The notes under the pieces were generated by a model. That model saw only the letters and a list, made by a program, of their open reading frames with translations. It was not told where the DNA came from and searched no databases. Position numbers and translations under genes: made by a program. Below are positions 35,475 through 46,654 of a DNA stretch of 64,000 nt, in pieces; positions within the stretch are counted from its first letter, which is position 1, and each line of letters opens with the position of its first letter. The stretch is from Coniocarpon cinnabarinum (Eukaryota). The stretch is from the NCBI GenBank assembly GCA_051942205.1, contig JAVECO010000063.1, positions 1 through 64,000 on the forward strand, given 5' to 3'.

Positions 35475-37765
35475 ATGTCGCTTTTCGGTGACGACGCGCC
35501 CGCGCCAGCTGCGCGCAAAATTTCGAGTTCTTTGTTTGAGGACGAGCCAGCCTCTACGCCGCAAAAGAAGTCCGCAGCAACAGGTAGCGGTCTATTCACC
35601 GAAGACGATTCTGCCGCCAACGACAGTTCGCCGTGGGGAGCGAGCTTCACGCCAAAGAAGCAGGCACGATCCGACGTCGTCAAGACATTGCTGTCGAACT
35701 GTTCCATTCCAGAGACATACGTGGACTCTTTTGATGCGCTCGTGGAAGAAGGATTCGTTCACGGATCAGGCGTCAGCAAACAAGGCGTGGACAAGATCGT
35801 CAATGGTTGTAGCTTGAGTGCAATCGATCGCACGAAGGTCTTAGAAATCACCAGCGCAGGCAACTGGGACAAGGCTTCGTTCAGCAGGGGAGAGTTCAAT
35901 GTTCTCCTGGCTTTGATAGGACTTGCGCAAGAAGAGGAGGAAGTGAGCTTGGATAGCGTGGATGAAAGACGAGAATGCGAGTGCTCCGATCGCGATTGAA
36001 GCTGTGAATCGATGCTGATTGTGACTACAGCACTTCCCCAACCGGAATTACCCAAGCTGCGGACACAAAGAATACACCAAGGAGATACAGTAGTTGAAGA
36101 GCAAGCACAATCATCCGCGACTTCTACAGGTGTTATGGACAGCACCAGGTTGTCGACGTCTGACGATCAGGATCCCTGGGCAAGTCCATCAAACACGGTT
36201 CGAAATAAGCCAGACAGTCGTACGTCTGCCGACACGATGCGTGCAGATGGCAGCGCCCCTCACAGGACCACGAGCTCCTTCAGCACCACCATCACAAACG
36301 GCTCATCTGGCCAAGTTTCAAAGCTTCCAGCTTCATCCACCAGTCGCGAGAGCGGTGAGTGGGGAGGCGCGGGCCTCAACAGCGGCTTTGGACCGGGTGA
36401 CGAGGCTCCCGGACAAGACGCTCTTGCTAGTGCGGATACCAACCGAGTTTCGTCTCGCCATCCAAAGAAACCGTCGGCTCGAAGACAGATCAGCCATGGC
36501 GCTCAAGAAGTTCTGACAGTCGATGCTTTATCGGAGAAGGAGGGAATGTTTCTGTTCCAGTATCGCAACTACGAGGTCTCAAGCAATCGACGGAGTACCA
36601 GAGTCACGAGGAGGTACAGTGATTTCGTCTGGCTCCTCGACTGCCTGCACAAAAAATATCCGTTTCGGCAATTGCCCCTTTTACCGCCCAAGCGGGTCGC
36701 AAGTATGGGCGATACATATCCGTATATTGCAATGTCATTCGCTAATTTTGAAACCCAGTTAATGGCACCCACCTGGCCGCAGAAGCTCAATTTCTAGAAA
36801 AGCGCCGTCGCGGTCTTTCGCGCTTCGTCAACGTCTTGATCCAACATCCTGTTTTGCGTGACGAGCAGCTGGTCACCATGTTTCTGACTGTGCCCACGGT
36901 AGATACGTGCCTGTTAATCTTCACTTTGACGATCCCTATCTGACTTGCAGCACAGGAATTGGCAGCCTGGCGCAAGCAAGCTCAGTTGACCGTTCAAGAA
37001 GAATTCGTTGGTCGTACGCTTCCTGCTCAGCTTGAAGATTCCCTTCCTCCGACTCTAGAGGACCTTTTCAGCACAGTGCGCTCAGGTGTACGCCGATCGT
37101 CGGAGCTTTACATAACCATTTGCAACCTCGTTGAGCGACAAACAAAACGTCAAGAGGGTCTCGCAACTGAATACAGTAGGCTCGCATCTAACCTTCAAAG
37201 TCTGACGGAAACATCAAAGGAAACGTATTCTATTGACACCAATGACGTCCCGTTGCTAAACGAAGGACTTTCCGCAACTGCTAAACACATTTCAGAACAT
37301 CAATCCTTGCTCACCCAAGAGTCCGCTTCCTGGGATGAAGGGTTCCTTGAAGATCTCAAAAAGCAGCGTGACACGCTCGTCAGCATGCGAGATCTGTTCG
37401 ATCGCCGTGATCGTTACGACAAAGACAACATACCTCAACTCGAGAAGCGTATTGCAAGCAACGAAGCGAGACTTGAGGGAGTCAGAGCCAAGCCAGAAGG
37501 TGCACGGAAGCCAGGAGAATCAGAGAAGCTTGAAGATGCGATCCACCGCGACAAGCAGAGCATTGTGAATCAGCACGCACGCAGTGTCTTCGTCAAAGAG
37601 TGCATCCGTGACGAAATCCAGTTCTTTCTGCAGAGCTTATACCACGTTGGACGCATGTGTCAAGAGTGGGCGAGCGACCTGGTTCGAAGCGCGGAGCTCA
37701 CTGTGGAAAACTGGCGCGAGTTCGAAAATGCAGCTGACAATATGCCTACGCAAGGGTCGACCTGA
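35475..37765 (+). CDS. MVP1: Sorting nexin Mvp1 (PX-BAR)
   Basis: MSLFGDD start; EKEGMFLFQYRNY; RRYSDFVWLLDCLHKKYPFRQLPLLPPKR; BAR region; three introns. Confidence 0.93.
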
Positions 37766-38030
37766 GTATGACGACTGTGCAGTGTCGCTTAATGAAATCC
37801 GACTCTGTACTGTTATTAAGTGTAAATAGTTGGGTTTCGGCCAGGGCCCGTCAATACAGCTGGCTACTAGTTACAGTCACGTTCACAAACGTTATACACA
37901 CGACAGACGTGAAGTCTAGAAAGTCATGCATTAGCAATCAGCACCGCCAGCCAAGGCTTGAGTCCGTTGCTCGTTCCTTGCTAAATCCGCAACTCTCAAT
38001 TATCTCCCAACTCCTAAAACGTATCTCTCT

Positions 38031-38531
38031 TCAAGAACTTCGCGTCAAGTTCAGGGCCCTGTAAAACGCTGGACGACCATTGAAGCTCTCACCGTTCGGA
38101 TCTGCTACCGACACACACGAGACATCTTCAGTGCCTGGAATCCTCAAATAGGGCCGCTCAGTGCTACACCCAGAATCCTCGAACAAAGTCACGTAAACAT
38201 TGCCAATGAATGGAGGCGAGTCGGCCGGACGCATGCTGAAGCCATAGTAGTCAATTTCCTCGTTTTCAAATGGAGCTCCGCTGCAAAATTCCATATCCAG
38301 GGTACTGGCGGCCGCGGCGCTAGGACAGGTCATGTCCAGATTATTGTACATGTAGATCTGAAACGCTGGGGTGGTTTGGACACTTTGTGCATGTGAGAGA
38401 AGAGGCAGAAGCCCCACGGACTGTCGGAGATCAGCTTCAGTGATAAGCACATGTACAGATCCGTATCTCGATGTAAGCCCTTGCATGCGGATCCTACTTA
38501 CTACTACTACTGCTGCTGCTGAAGTGTGCAT
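38031..38531 (-). CDS. Small secreted protein (~139 aa, 4 Cys), effector-like
   Basis: Removing the GTAAGT...CAG intron at 38501-38421 yields the signal peptide MHTSAAAVVVSVGLLPLLSHA. Confidence 0.7.
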   Translation of the reverse strand: MHTSAAAVVVVSRIRMQGLTSRYGSVHVLITEADLRQSVGLLPLLSHAQSVQTTPAFQIYMYNNLDMTCPSAAAASTLDMEFCSGAPFENEEIDYYGFSMRPADSPPFIGNVYVTLFEDSGCSTERPYLRIPGTEDVSCVSVADPNGESFNGRPAFYRALNLTRSS

Positions 38532-41500
38532 GGTCAGGGCTGGAGCTTGGGCGTGAACAGGGCTTCGTATGAAATGAGATTCTGCACAGCATTGACGGGT
38601 GAATAGGCGAAGCGAGCAAGCCTTTGTACTCCTGGAATACTTCGATAAGCTGGCAAAACGTGGCTTCTAGCAGAGAGGTCTGCTTGCACCTTGCAACTTG
38701 TGGCAACTCGTGTTGTTGATGCGTTGAGGCATACTTCTCCAACTACAAACAGCTGAAAGATGCATCGTTGAACGCGCGCATCTCATGGTAATGGCAAATG
38801 GCAAACGTGGCCGGGCGGTCGGCTGGGGGCGGCCGCCTGCGTATAGCAAACAGTCCACTTCCGCCTGAGCCAATTGAAATGCGGAATGTCATTGGCGCCA
38901 CGCTGGACTCAAGTGGCAATGAAGTTCTGGGACGCTTGACCCGGGGAAAGCTCTTTTGACGCCCTTTTACCCAACGCGTCAGCACACATACTTACATTCT
39001 AGCCTTTCCTGAGTTCTTCCAGTGAGCTGAGAGCTTTGGAACATGTCTCCATTGTAGTTTAACATATGCGTGCTTTGGCAAGATTTCCAGATGAAGCTGA
39101 GGAGAACACGATTTTTGAAGAATGACTGAATGGATCCTACTGCGTTATGCGGTCAAGTGCAGTCGCGCTTTTCCCTGTGAACACGCAAGGACGAAAGAAT
39201 GTGGCCTCGCCCGAGTCGACCGGGGCCAACCAGCCCGAAAAGTACTCGAGAGTGCATCTCGATTTTCTTGACGGTGTATGAAAAGAGATCATAATCCAAA
39301 AGCTTGGAATGATCATGTGGTACGCGCAGAACGACGGCGAGAGAGTGTGTGTGTCCTAGGTCTGACGCGTTGACGCCTATGAGTTTGGTCTACGAATCTC
39401 TTACAAGGTGTACATGGTTGCGCGACTTCTGCTTTGCTGACGTAGACTGAGCCAATGTAGTAGACGATAATATGGTTTCGATACGATAAGCATGTCGCGT
39501 CGCCCGTGGATGCCGCAGCTTGGTTCTGATGGTAGAAAAGCCATTCGTCCATCACACATCGTGGGCTGCCAGCACAATGTGCTTTTGTGTCCTTTACCTA
39601 TAGGCGGATGGAAAGCGTACGCAAGCACCTGAGCTTTGTGAGGTGCGGCCAGACTTCAATGTGCGTGTGAGAATATTCCAAGACCAGGTCGATTGTCACG
39701 TGGCGTGCAAGATGTCGTGACTGTCACTGGGGAACACGTGATCAATCTCCATGCACGTGAGGCAGGTCCCCCTCGGGAAGCAACTTGAGCAACTCATCTA
39801 ACTCGCGTCCCGAGCTGTCTGTGTCTCATCTCAGCGGCGAGCAGGAGCATTGATCCAGCTGTCACTGCGGCCTTGCTCTCTTCGTTGTTGAGGCTACTGA
39901 ACTGAACAAGAAGCAGTCTTGGCTCGCAGGGTCCTTTTTTCCCGAATCACCCTAGGCCAGGTGTTCAGTTGCCAGTCCGCTCAGGCTCCTCTTGCAGCCA
40001 ACATCCGCTCGCTGACGGTGCGTTGGCCGGGAATGCCATCAGCTGCCCCCTATAGCCCACAGCGGCCAGCAACCCTCCCAAGCCAAAAGAAGACCTATCG
40101 CATCGAAAGGGCGTGCTGTCATGATCGTTTTCCCCCGCCTTTGGGCGAAGACAAAGTGAGCAAACAACCAAAGCAACCTCGTAGCGTGCCCTGAGCGTTA
40201 CATGACTTTCTCTCTGGTGGACGCCACCGTGGTCATCCCTCGTCCACCTGAAGACTCTCTCCTATCTCTTCCATCCCCCACACTTTTCGCTATCACACGA
40301 TGTCCACGGCGTATCAGATAAGAGGCCATTGCCGATCATCGCTCCGGAGCACGCCACCGCATTAGTTGTTTTCGTAGTGCCGAAGCTCCAATTCGGTGTT
40401 AGAGCCCAGCTCTACACTTTTGGGTCTCTGCCTAAGCACCTCGTGACTGCTCAACGCGGACGTAGAGCCCGAATTCGATGAGCATCGAACAATAACATTG
40501 GTCAATTCCAAGTCGCCTCTAGTGTAGCCCCTGCAAGACTTTCCCACCAAGAAGTGTGACACCGGCGACGTTTGCGTACTCCATTGCTAAAGCGGTCAGC
40601 TCATAGCAGTACGCGCGACCAACGTTCTTAGCTTAGTCGCAGTCGAACTGGCTGTAAACCTGTGCGGGGTCGTCGAGCGCATGGTAGGTGCTTTGTTCGC
40701 CGAAAAATCACTTGGACAAGATAATTATTCTCCATCTCTTCAAGTATCTCTGAACAGCACGATCTCGCTGTCTAGATCTTTTCGGTTCTCGTCCGAAACA
40801 TGTCCGCCAGGGTTCGCACTGTCAAGCGGCTGCACTTGCTGGCAGTGGCCTACAGTCAGCCTCACGAAACGTTGACAATGTGGAGACTCTTCGCCCCTTA
40901 GTGAGTGACAAGTGCTCGGCAGCCAGCATATACGCGCTTGATCTACATAGTAGTGACAGCCACCCAGGGTACCTGATGCAGGTTCACGCCTTGACCTCTG
41001 CGTCTGATCGCCGACACTTGGACCCAATGCGGGAGCTATGCCAGGTCACCAGCAGCCATCCGCGCGGAAGCTTTATCAGTACTGGTAGGTATTCTGGCAC
41101 CTGCCCAAGGTCGTATCGCTTACTGCTATGATGGCCATGCATCTCAATGACAGTCATGCGAGCGATTCAGGGCGAGAGCCATGCATGCATCGACGGTCTA
41201 GCAGTGGTGGACTAGACAGCACCTGAACAACGCCTTTGTAGGTGAGCTTGGCACATACGCCGCGCGGGCCCTTGTTCGGAGCATTGTTCTGGAAGACAGT
41301 CCTCGTGAGCTGTGTGCCAATGCTACCAGATGCCTGTCGTGCCCCGAGATACGCTGTTGTCGCCGAAGCACACCTTCTAAGTCTGGGTAGAGGTCGAATT
41401 GTGGTCTGAGGGCTTGTCGACCTCGAAGATGTCTATTTAAGTTGATCACAATTCCGTACGGAGAATATGAAAGCTTCGTCTTCACGGGAAAAGCGATAGC

Positions 41501-41557
41501 CTCTTTGCCACTAGTCAGAAACACTCATTCAAGGAACGTTCTTTCTCGACCTTCAAA

Positions 41558-42715
41558 ATGAAGACTCAAGCAGCTTTGGCCACTTTGGGCTCCCTTCTCA
41601 GCGTCACCCTCGCTGCCCCCTCCACTAGCCTCGAGAGCCGCATCCAGCGCCGGGCTCTAGGCTTAACACACGACCCAACCCCCTTTGAACCTGCCACCGG
41701 CGATTTTGAAGCTCCAAAGACAGACAACGAAACACAGCTTGCGTATTCGTCCAACTGGTCTGGTGCTGTGCTTGAGTCACCTCCCGCTGGCTCTACCTTC
41801 TCGCAAGTCACCGGTTCTTTCACCGTTCCACGACCCTCGGCTCCGTCTGGAGGTCGTGGAACCTATGCCGCTTCTGCATGGGTCGGTATTGACGGTGGTG
41901 AGTAGTTGACCCATCTCATCAAAAGGCTTTCGATATCGTCTCTGCCTGCTCATTTGAAATACCTTCGTCATCTTGATTTTTACCCCGACGTGCTCGACAT
42001 CCATTTTCATGATTTATGCTGCCCGTGTGGGAAAAAAAAACGACTTCCCTACTCTTCCCACAATTTATCCTCATACGATCGTCATTCAGCCTCACCTCCC
42101 TTGATACGGTCCTGTGTGGGCAGCCTACTAACCGAAAAACGCTAGATACCTACGGTGCCGCCATCTTGCAAACCGGCTGCGACTTCACTGCCAGCTCCTC
42201 CGGCGGTACCGCCTACGACTGCTGGTACGAGTACTTCCCCAACCCGCTCACGGACTTCAGCAACTTCGCCGTCACCGCCGGCGACGTCATCACCGCCACC
42301 GTCGTCACCACGAGTGCCACGGCCGGCACCGCGACGTTGCGCAACAGCCGCACCGGACAGCAAGTGACGCAGCAGCTGACTGCGCCGAACGCGAATGCGC
42401 GGCTCGCGGGCCAGAACGCCGAGTGGATCGTGGAGGACTTTTCTTCGGTGCGTCTATCGTCCCCCTCCGTTTGATTTGCGTGCAAATGTAGAGACTGAGA
42501 GAGACACGGGCTGACATTTTGGTGCGGTACAGGGCGGCAATCTTGTTCCATTCGCCAACTTTGGCAGCGTCTCCTTCACCGGCGCGACGGCCACGGCGGG
42601 TGGCCGCCGGGTGGACACGACTGGGAGCCAGATTTTGGAGATTCAGCAGAATGGGCGTGTCCTCACGAGCGCGAGCGCAAGTGGCAGTGGCGTCCAGGTG
42701 CGGTACACTGGTTGA
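41558..42715 (+). CDS. Secreted glutamic peptidase, family G1 (eqolisin / aspergillopepsin II-like)
   Basis: Signal peptide; SSNWSGA, SAWVGIDG, ILQTG, WYEYFP, NAEWIVEDF. Introns 41898-42145 and ~42448-42532. Confidence 0.95.
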
Positions 42716-43086
42716 AGCGAGTGAATGTTGGCGACAGTGAGCGAAGGTGTCGGGTGTCATGATGAGTTGACGACTCGAGAGACGAAGAGAGAACCGGTCT
42801 ATATCCGCTGTGCCGCCTGTTTTCACATTGTGAACATGGCCTGCTCGATCATGGTATTCTTGTTGCTTGACGTATGATGCTTTGCGTCTGATCTTTGTAC
42901 ATATTGGATTCAATGAATCAAGAAATCACACCTTGCATTCTTGGGTGGTGGACAGTGTCCCACATGTATAAATCTCACTAGACATCGTACAGTATCAGCA
43001 AAGCCTCATCATCCACTTAAGGTCAAGCCTGTCAGCCTGTTTACATCCAACTGTACCTTTGCCAACATGCCGAAACGTCGCTCAAT

Positions 43087-44535
43087 CTAACCGCTACCCA
43101 AGATCTCCGCTGCCGCCCGTTGTCCACCCCTCAACGCTCCATCCATGTACCCCGTCCAATACGCTGCCGTCTCCGTACCCGCCCAATGAATACCTCCAAC
43201 CGGCTTCCGCAAAGCTTCTCCGTACTTGGTCAAGGTGCCTGGTCCGGCCAACGCCACAGGTGCACCCCGGCTCCAGACCTCATTATCCCACCGCTGAATG
43301 ACCCACTGTTTCACATCTGCGGCTTGCGGGCCGAAGTAGTTGACAAAGTCCTGTTGCACCGCGGCTTGAATCGCTTCGTCAGAGGCGTCGTCGAGCGCGC
43401 GCATCTCGTCTGCTTCTACGAAACCCAGGAGCGCACCGTAGGATGCGTCTTCAGGGCTGTCGTCATAGGTGGCGCGTGTGGCGCCCGAGTCCGAGACGGC
43501 TTGGCCTGTGAGATTGGCAGACCGCCAGAACGGCGTGTCGTAGACAGCAATGGCCTTACCGAGGGCTCCCATAAACATGCGCTGGGTGAGCTGGTCACGC
43601 GAGGCAGGTAGTGGTGGATCGTAGAAGATGCGTGCAGCGAGGGGCGGAGACATTGCAACGATTACGTCGGTCGCTTCGACTGAGTATGAAGCCTCAGGTG
43701 AGGTGACGATGTAGCCACCTGCGGGACCGGAAGCAATTGAGCGAACTGGAGCGTTGAGGACGATGTTGTCGGAGCCGATTCGGTCAGCAAGGCCGGAAGC
43801 AAGCAGACCTGTTCCGCCGACAATTCGTGATTGCTGGGCAGCATCTGTAACCCCAATGAGGCGCTCAAAAGTGCCGTGAGTGGTCTCATTGCCGGCGGAG
43901 GCGATGTAGGCGAGCACATAGAGAAGTGAGAGTTCTGAAGGCTCAGCGGAGAACACGGCTGTTATGGCGGTGGTGGTAACATCGAGAGCGGCGGGAGTCG
44001 TGGTAATGTTGCTTAGCCACGAAGCGAAGGTCAAAGAGTCGTAGATGGAGGCATTAGCGTTGGTGAAGGGAGTATTTGGGTCCAGTTGACCAGCAAGGGT
44101 GTCAAGCTGCGTCACCAGGTTGAGAAGCTCGAGGGTGGTGGTGTCGTCAGCTGGGGGTATGGGAAGATCAGAAGAGAAGGTCGAGCGTTGCGAGTCCGCA
44201 TATAAGACGTTGTCGCCAACGTAATACTCATCAAACACTTCTAGATCAAGATCTGCGGCAAGAGCCAGGACATGATCTTGCGTTGGTCCTACAAATGCGG
44301 CGCCCAACTCGACCACACCGCCGTTAGTCAAATTGAAGTTCTTGACCCGACCTCCTACGCGGTCACGAGCCTCGAGAACCGCTACGGACTTTCCAGCATC
44401 GAGGAGAGACCGCGCTGCGGCTAGCCCGGAAAGACCACCCCCAACGACTGCTACATCAACAGTTGCGTTGCAGTCTGGAGCAGCCAACGCAAGGAAAGGC
44501 GAAAGAGATAGAGATGCAGACACGGGTAGCTTCAT
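43087..44535 (-). CDS. Secreted flavin-containing amine oxidase (MAO family), intronless
   Basis: Signal peptide; VVGGGLSG, LEARDRVGGR, WAGTET, GYMDGA. Confidence 0.92.
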   Translation of the reverse strand: MKLPVSASLSLSPFLALAAPDCNATVDVAVVGGGLSGLAAARSLLDAGKSVAVLEARDRVGGRVKNFNLTNGGVVELGAAFVGPTQDHVLALAADLDLEVFDEYYVGDNVLYADSQRSTFSSDLPIPPADDTTTLELLNLVTQLDTLAGQLDPNTPFTNANASIYDSLTFASWLSNITTTPAALDVTTTAITAVFSAEPSELSLLYVLAYIASAGNETTHGTFERLIGVTDAAQQSRIVGGTGLLASGLADRIGSDNIVLNAPVRSIASGPAGGYIVTSPEASYSVEATDVIVAMSPPLAARIFYDPPLPASRDQLTQRMFMGALGKAIAVYDTPFWRSANLTGQAVSDSGATRATYDDSPEDASYGALLGFVEADEMRALDDASDEAIQAAVQQDFVNYFGPQAADVKQWVIQRWDNEVWSRGAPVALAGPGTLTKYGEALRKPVGGIHWAGTETAAYWTGYMDGALRGGQRAAAEILGSG

Positions 44536-46654
44536 GTCGGAAGAGGAAAAGAGAGAAACAAGATGGTTGAGAGGACTGAAGACGAACTGCTGCGATGATC
44601 CAAACATTTTGAACAATTACGAGAAATATAACCCTACATATAACGCTGTCACCTGCACATTGTCAGAAGCAGGCTACTGCGGAGCGAGCGCAAGTCAATA
44701 AAGCCAGAGCGCACAGAGTAGCAAGAACAGACCTGTGATCGGCAGTCTGGCTAGCCAAGAGCGTAGGCGCTCACGCGGCAGAGAGTTCGAAGCGGAGGGA
44801 CCAACAACTCCCCGCCGGAGGGAGAGCATTGGCATCAGCACGAGGCGATGGATCCCGTTGCTGTTCACGGACGATTTCTGTTGCTGACACACACGCAGGC
44901 GGAAGCACCCATGGCGGCTTAAGTGATTGATAATTCTAAAGGCATGCTTATTGCCGGACTCCATGATCCCAAACCTTGTCAAGCCCGGAGAACAGGGGCG
45001 AGGCTGGTCATGAGTAGGCATACGACGCGACAAGGCACCTAACCCTCGCGCTTTCTGGACACAGCTGCGATGCTCCCAGACTTGTGATCAAGACGAATCT
45101 GTTAGTCCGGAACATAAGCGCGTTGGTGAGGCTTCACGTGTGCCGAGGGCGGAGAACGTCACGTGCTTTATGCCTTGGTGCAGATGGGACCTACCTTCCT
45201 ACCTCATCGTGCTTGTTCAGGTTCCCAATTCAAGTGCTTGGATCACCCGCGTCCGTAGAGGATGTGGGTTCTCATTTGCAGAAACCTTATTGTGAATGTG
45301 TTCGGTTTCAGTACAGACTACGAGCTTGGTTTGACGCTGACGCTTCATTGACGCTTCGAGGAACGCCGCAAGAGCTCTGGATTATGTACGTCTCCACTAC
45401 AGTTCGATCTCGAGCCCCTCACGCCCCTATCCTCAACACCAAGCTTGGCACCAAGAAGCTCATAATCATATTGAAGCCGGGAAATTATGAGCAAGAGAAC
45501 TCCCTGGGCCAAAGCATCGCAAGGCCCGTTAAGAGTGGCGAGTTGAAACGATTCACTGCGAGGCGGTGGAGGAACAGGCCAGTGTTGACTAGCTTCGTAG
45601 CATCTTGCTCGAGTAGAGGCACCTGAGTGTTTGCTATGGTGAGGTAGCGCATCATGCGAAGAGGGGCGCAGTCTTGCAAAGTTTTGGATAATACATAAAG
45701 CTTGGGATATGATCTAACGTGAATTGTGTGATGGCGTGCCGGGTGGTACGTTCAATGTTTGACCATTGTGTTGGCCCTTCATGATCCCCCGCAAGTGCGG
45801 AAAAGGTCAAGTTGCAGCAATTTGTAGGACGACTTGCTTCGTCACAGTCAACCAAGAAACTGTACGTCGAGCCACGCACCTCTCGACACAGGCATGAGAA
45901 GAAGGCACTCGCCCTCTGTTCATTCACAACGAGAAGATCGAATCGATCATCGGAAGGTAACACGGGTTGCTGAACGACTATCAGTGTGTGGTTGGGGGAG
46001 TGATTTTCATGGAAACTCGCTGGTTCCCATGAAGAGGCGGAGGATAGTAGGCAAGTTGCGATCAAGGTTGTCGTGCTCATCTAAGTGTAGCCCAAATTCA
46101 CCTCCTCTTTGCCTACAGTATCTGGACTATTACGATAATTTGATGGCTTGTTCCAAACCAGCGATTGAAACTGTCAATACTGATATAGAACCGCAGAAAT
46201 CGATATTCTAAAGTCGTACTCAAGTTAGGAGAAAAGAATACTGCTCAGTCATCTATCAAGCACGGGCTTCGCAGAAAAGTACTTACCGCACTTTCATTCG
46301 GCGTCTTATGAGTTACAACAGGCTTTCGCTGTTGTACTCAGATCTTTGTGACCCGTACTAATTGTATATTCAGGCCCGTCGCCTGGACTGGGATCTGACA
46401 ACGAGTTTTGTCCATGGCCCTCGAGGGACCACGGTCGCACATGTTCATCGGCCTTGCATCGCATCAGCAAACACATTTCGCACTTCTGTGGCGCTCATGA
46501 CTTTGAATGTGAAGACAAAATGCTGCTGGCAGCCATAATGTCGACTGGCGATGACAAGCTCTGTCAATAGGTTTTCTCTTCATAGAAGATGGTCTCTTTC
46601 ATTGTATATTGCTCTTCGTCGAACAATCTTCTTCTCCGCAACGCCTCTCGCGTC

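Noticed and set aside
41898..42145. TPP riboswitch or snoRNA in the long intron
   Set aside because: Conserved TPP aptamer motifs and paired C/D or H/ACA boxes were not found.
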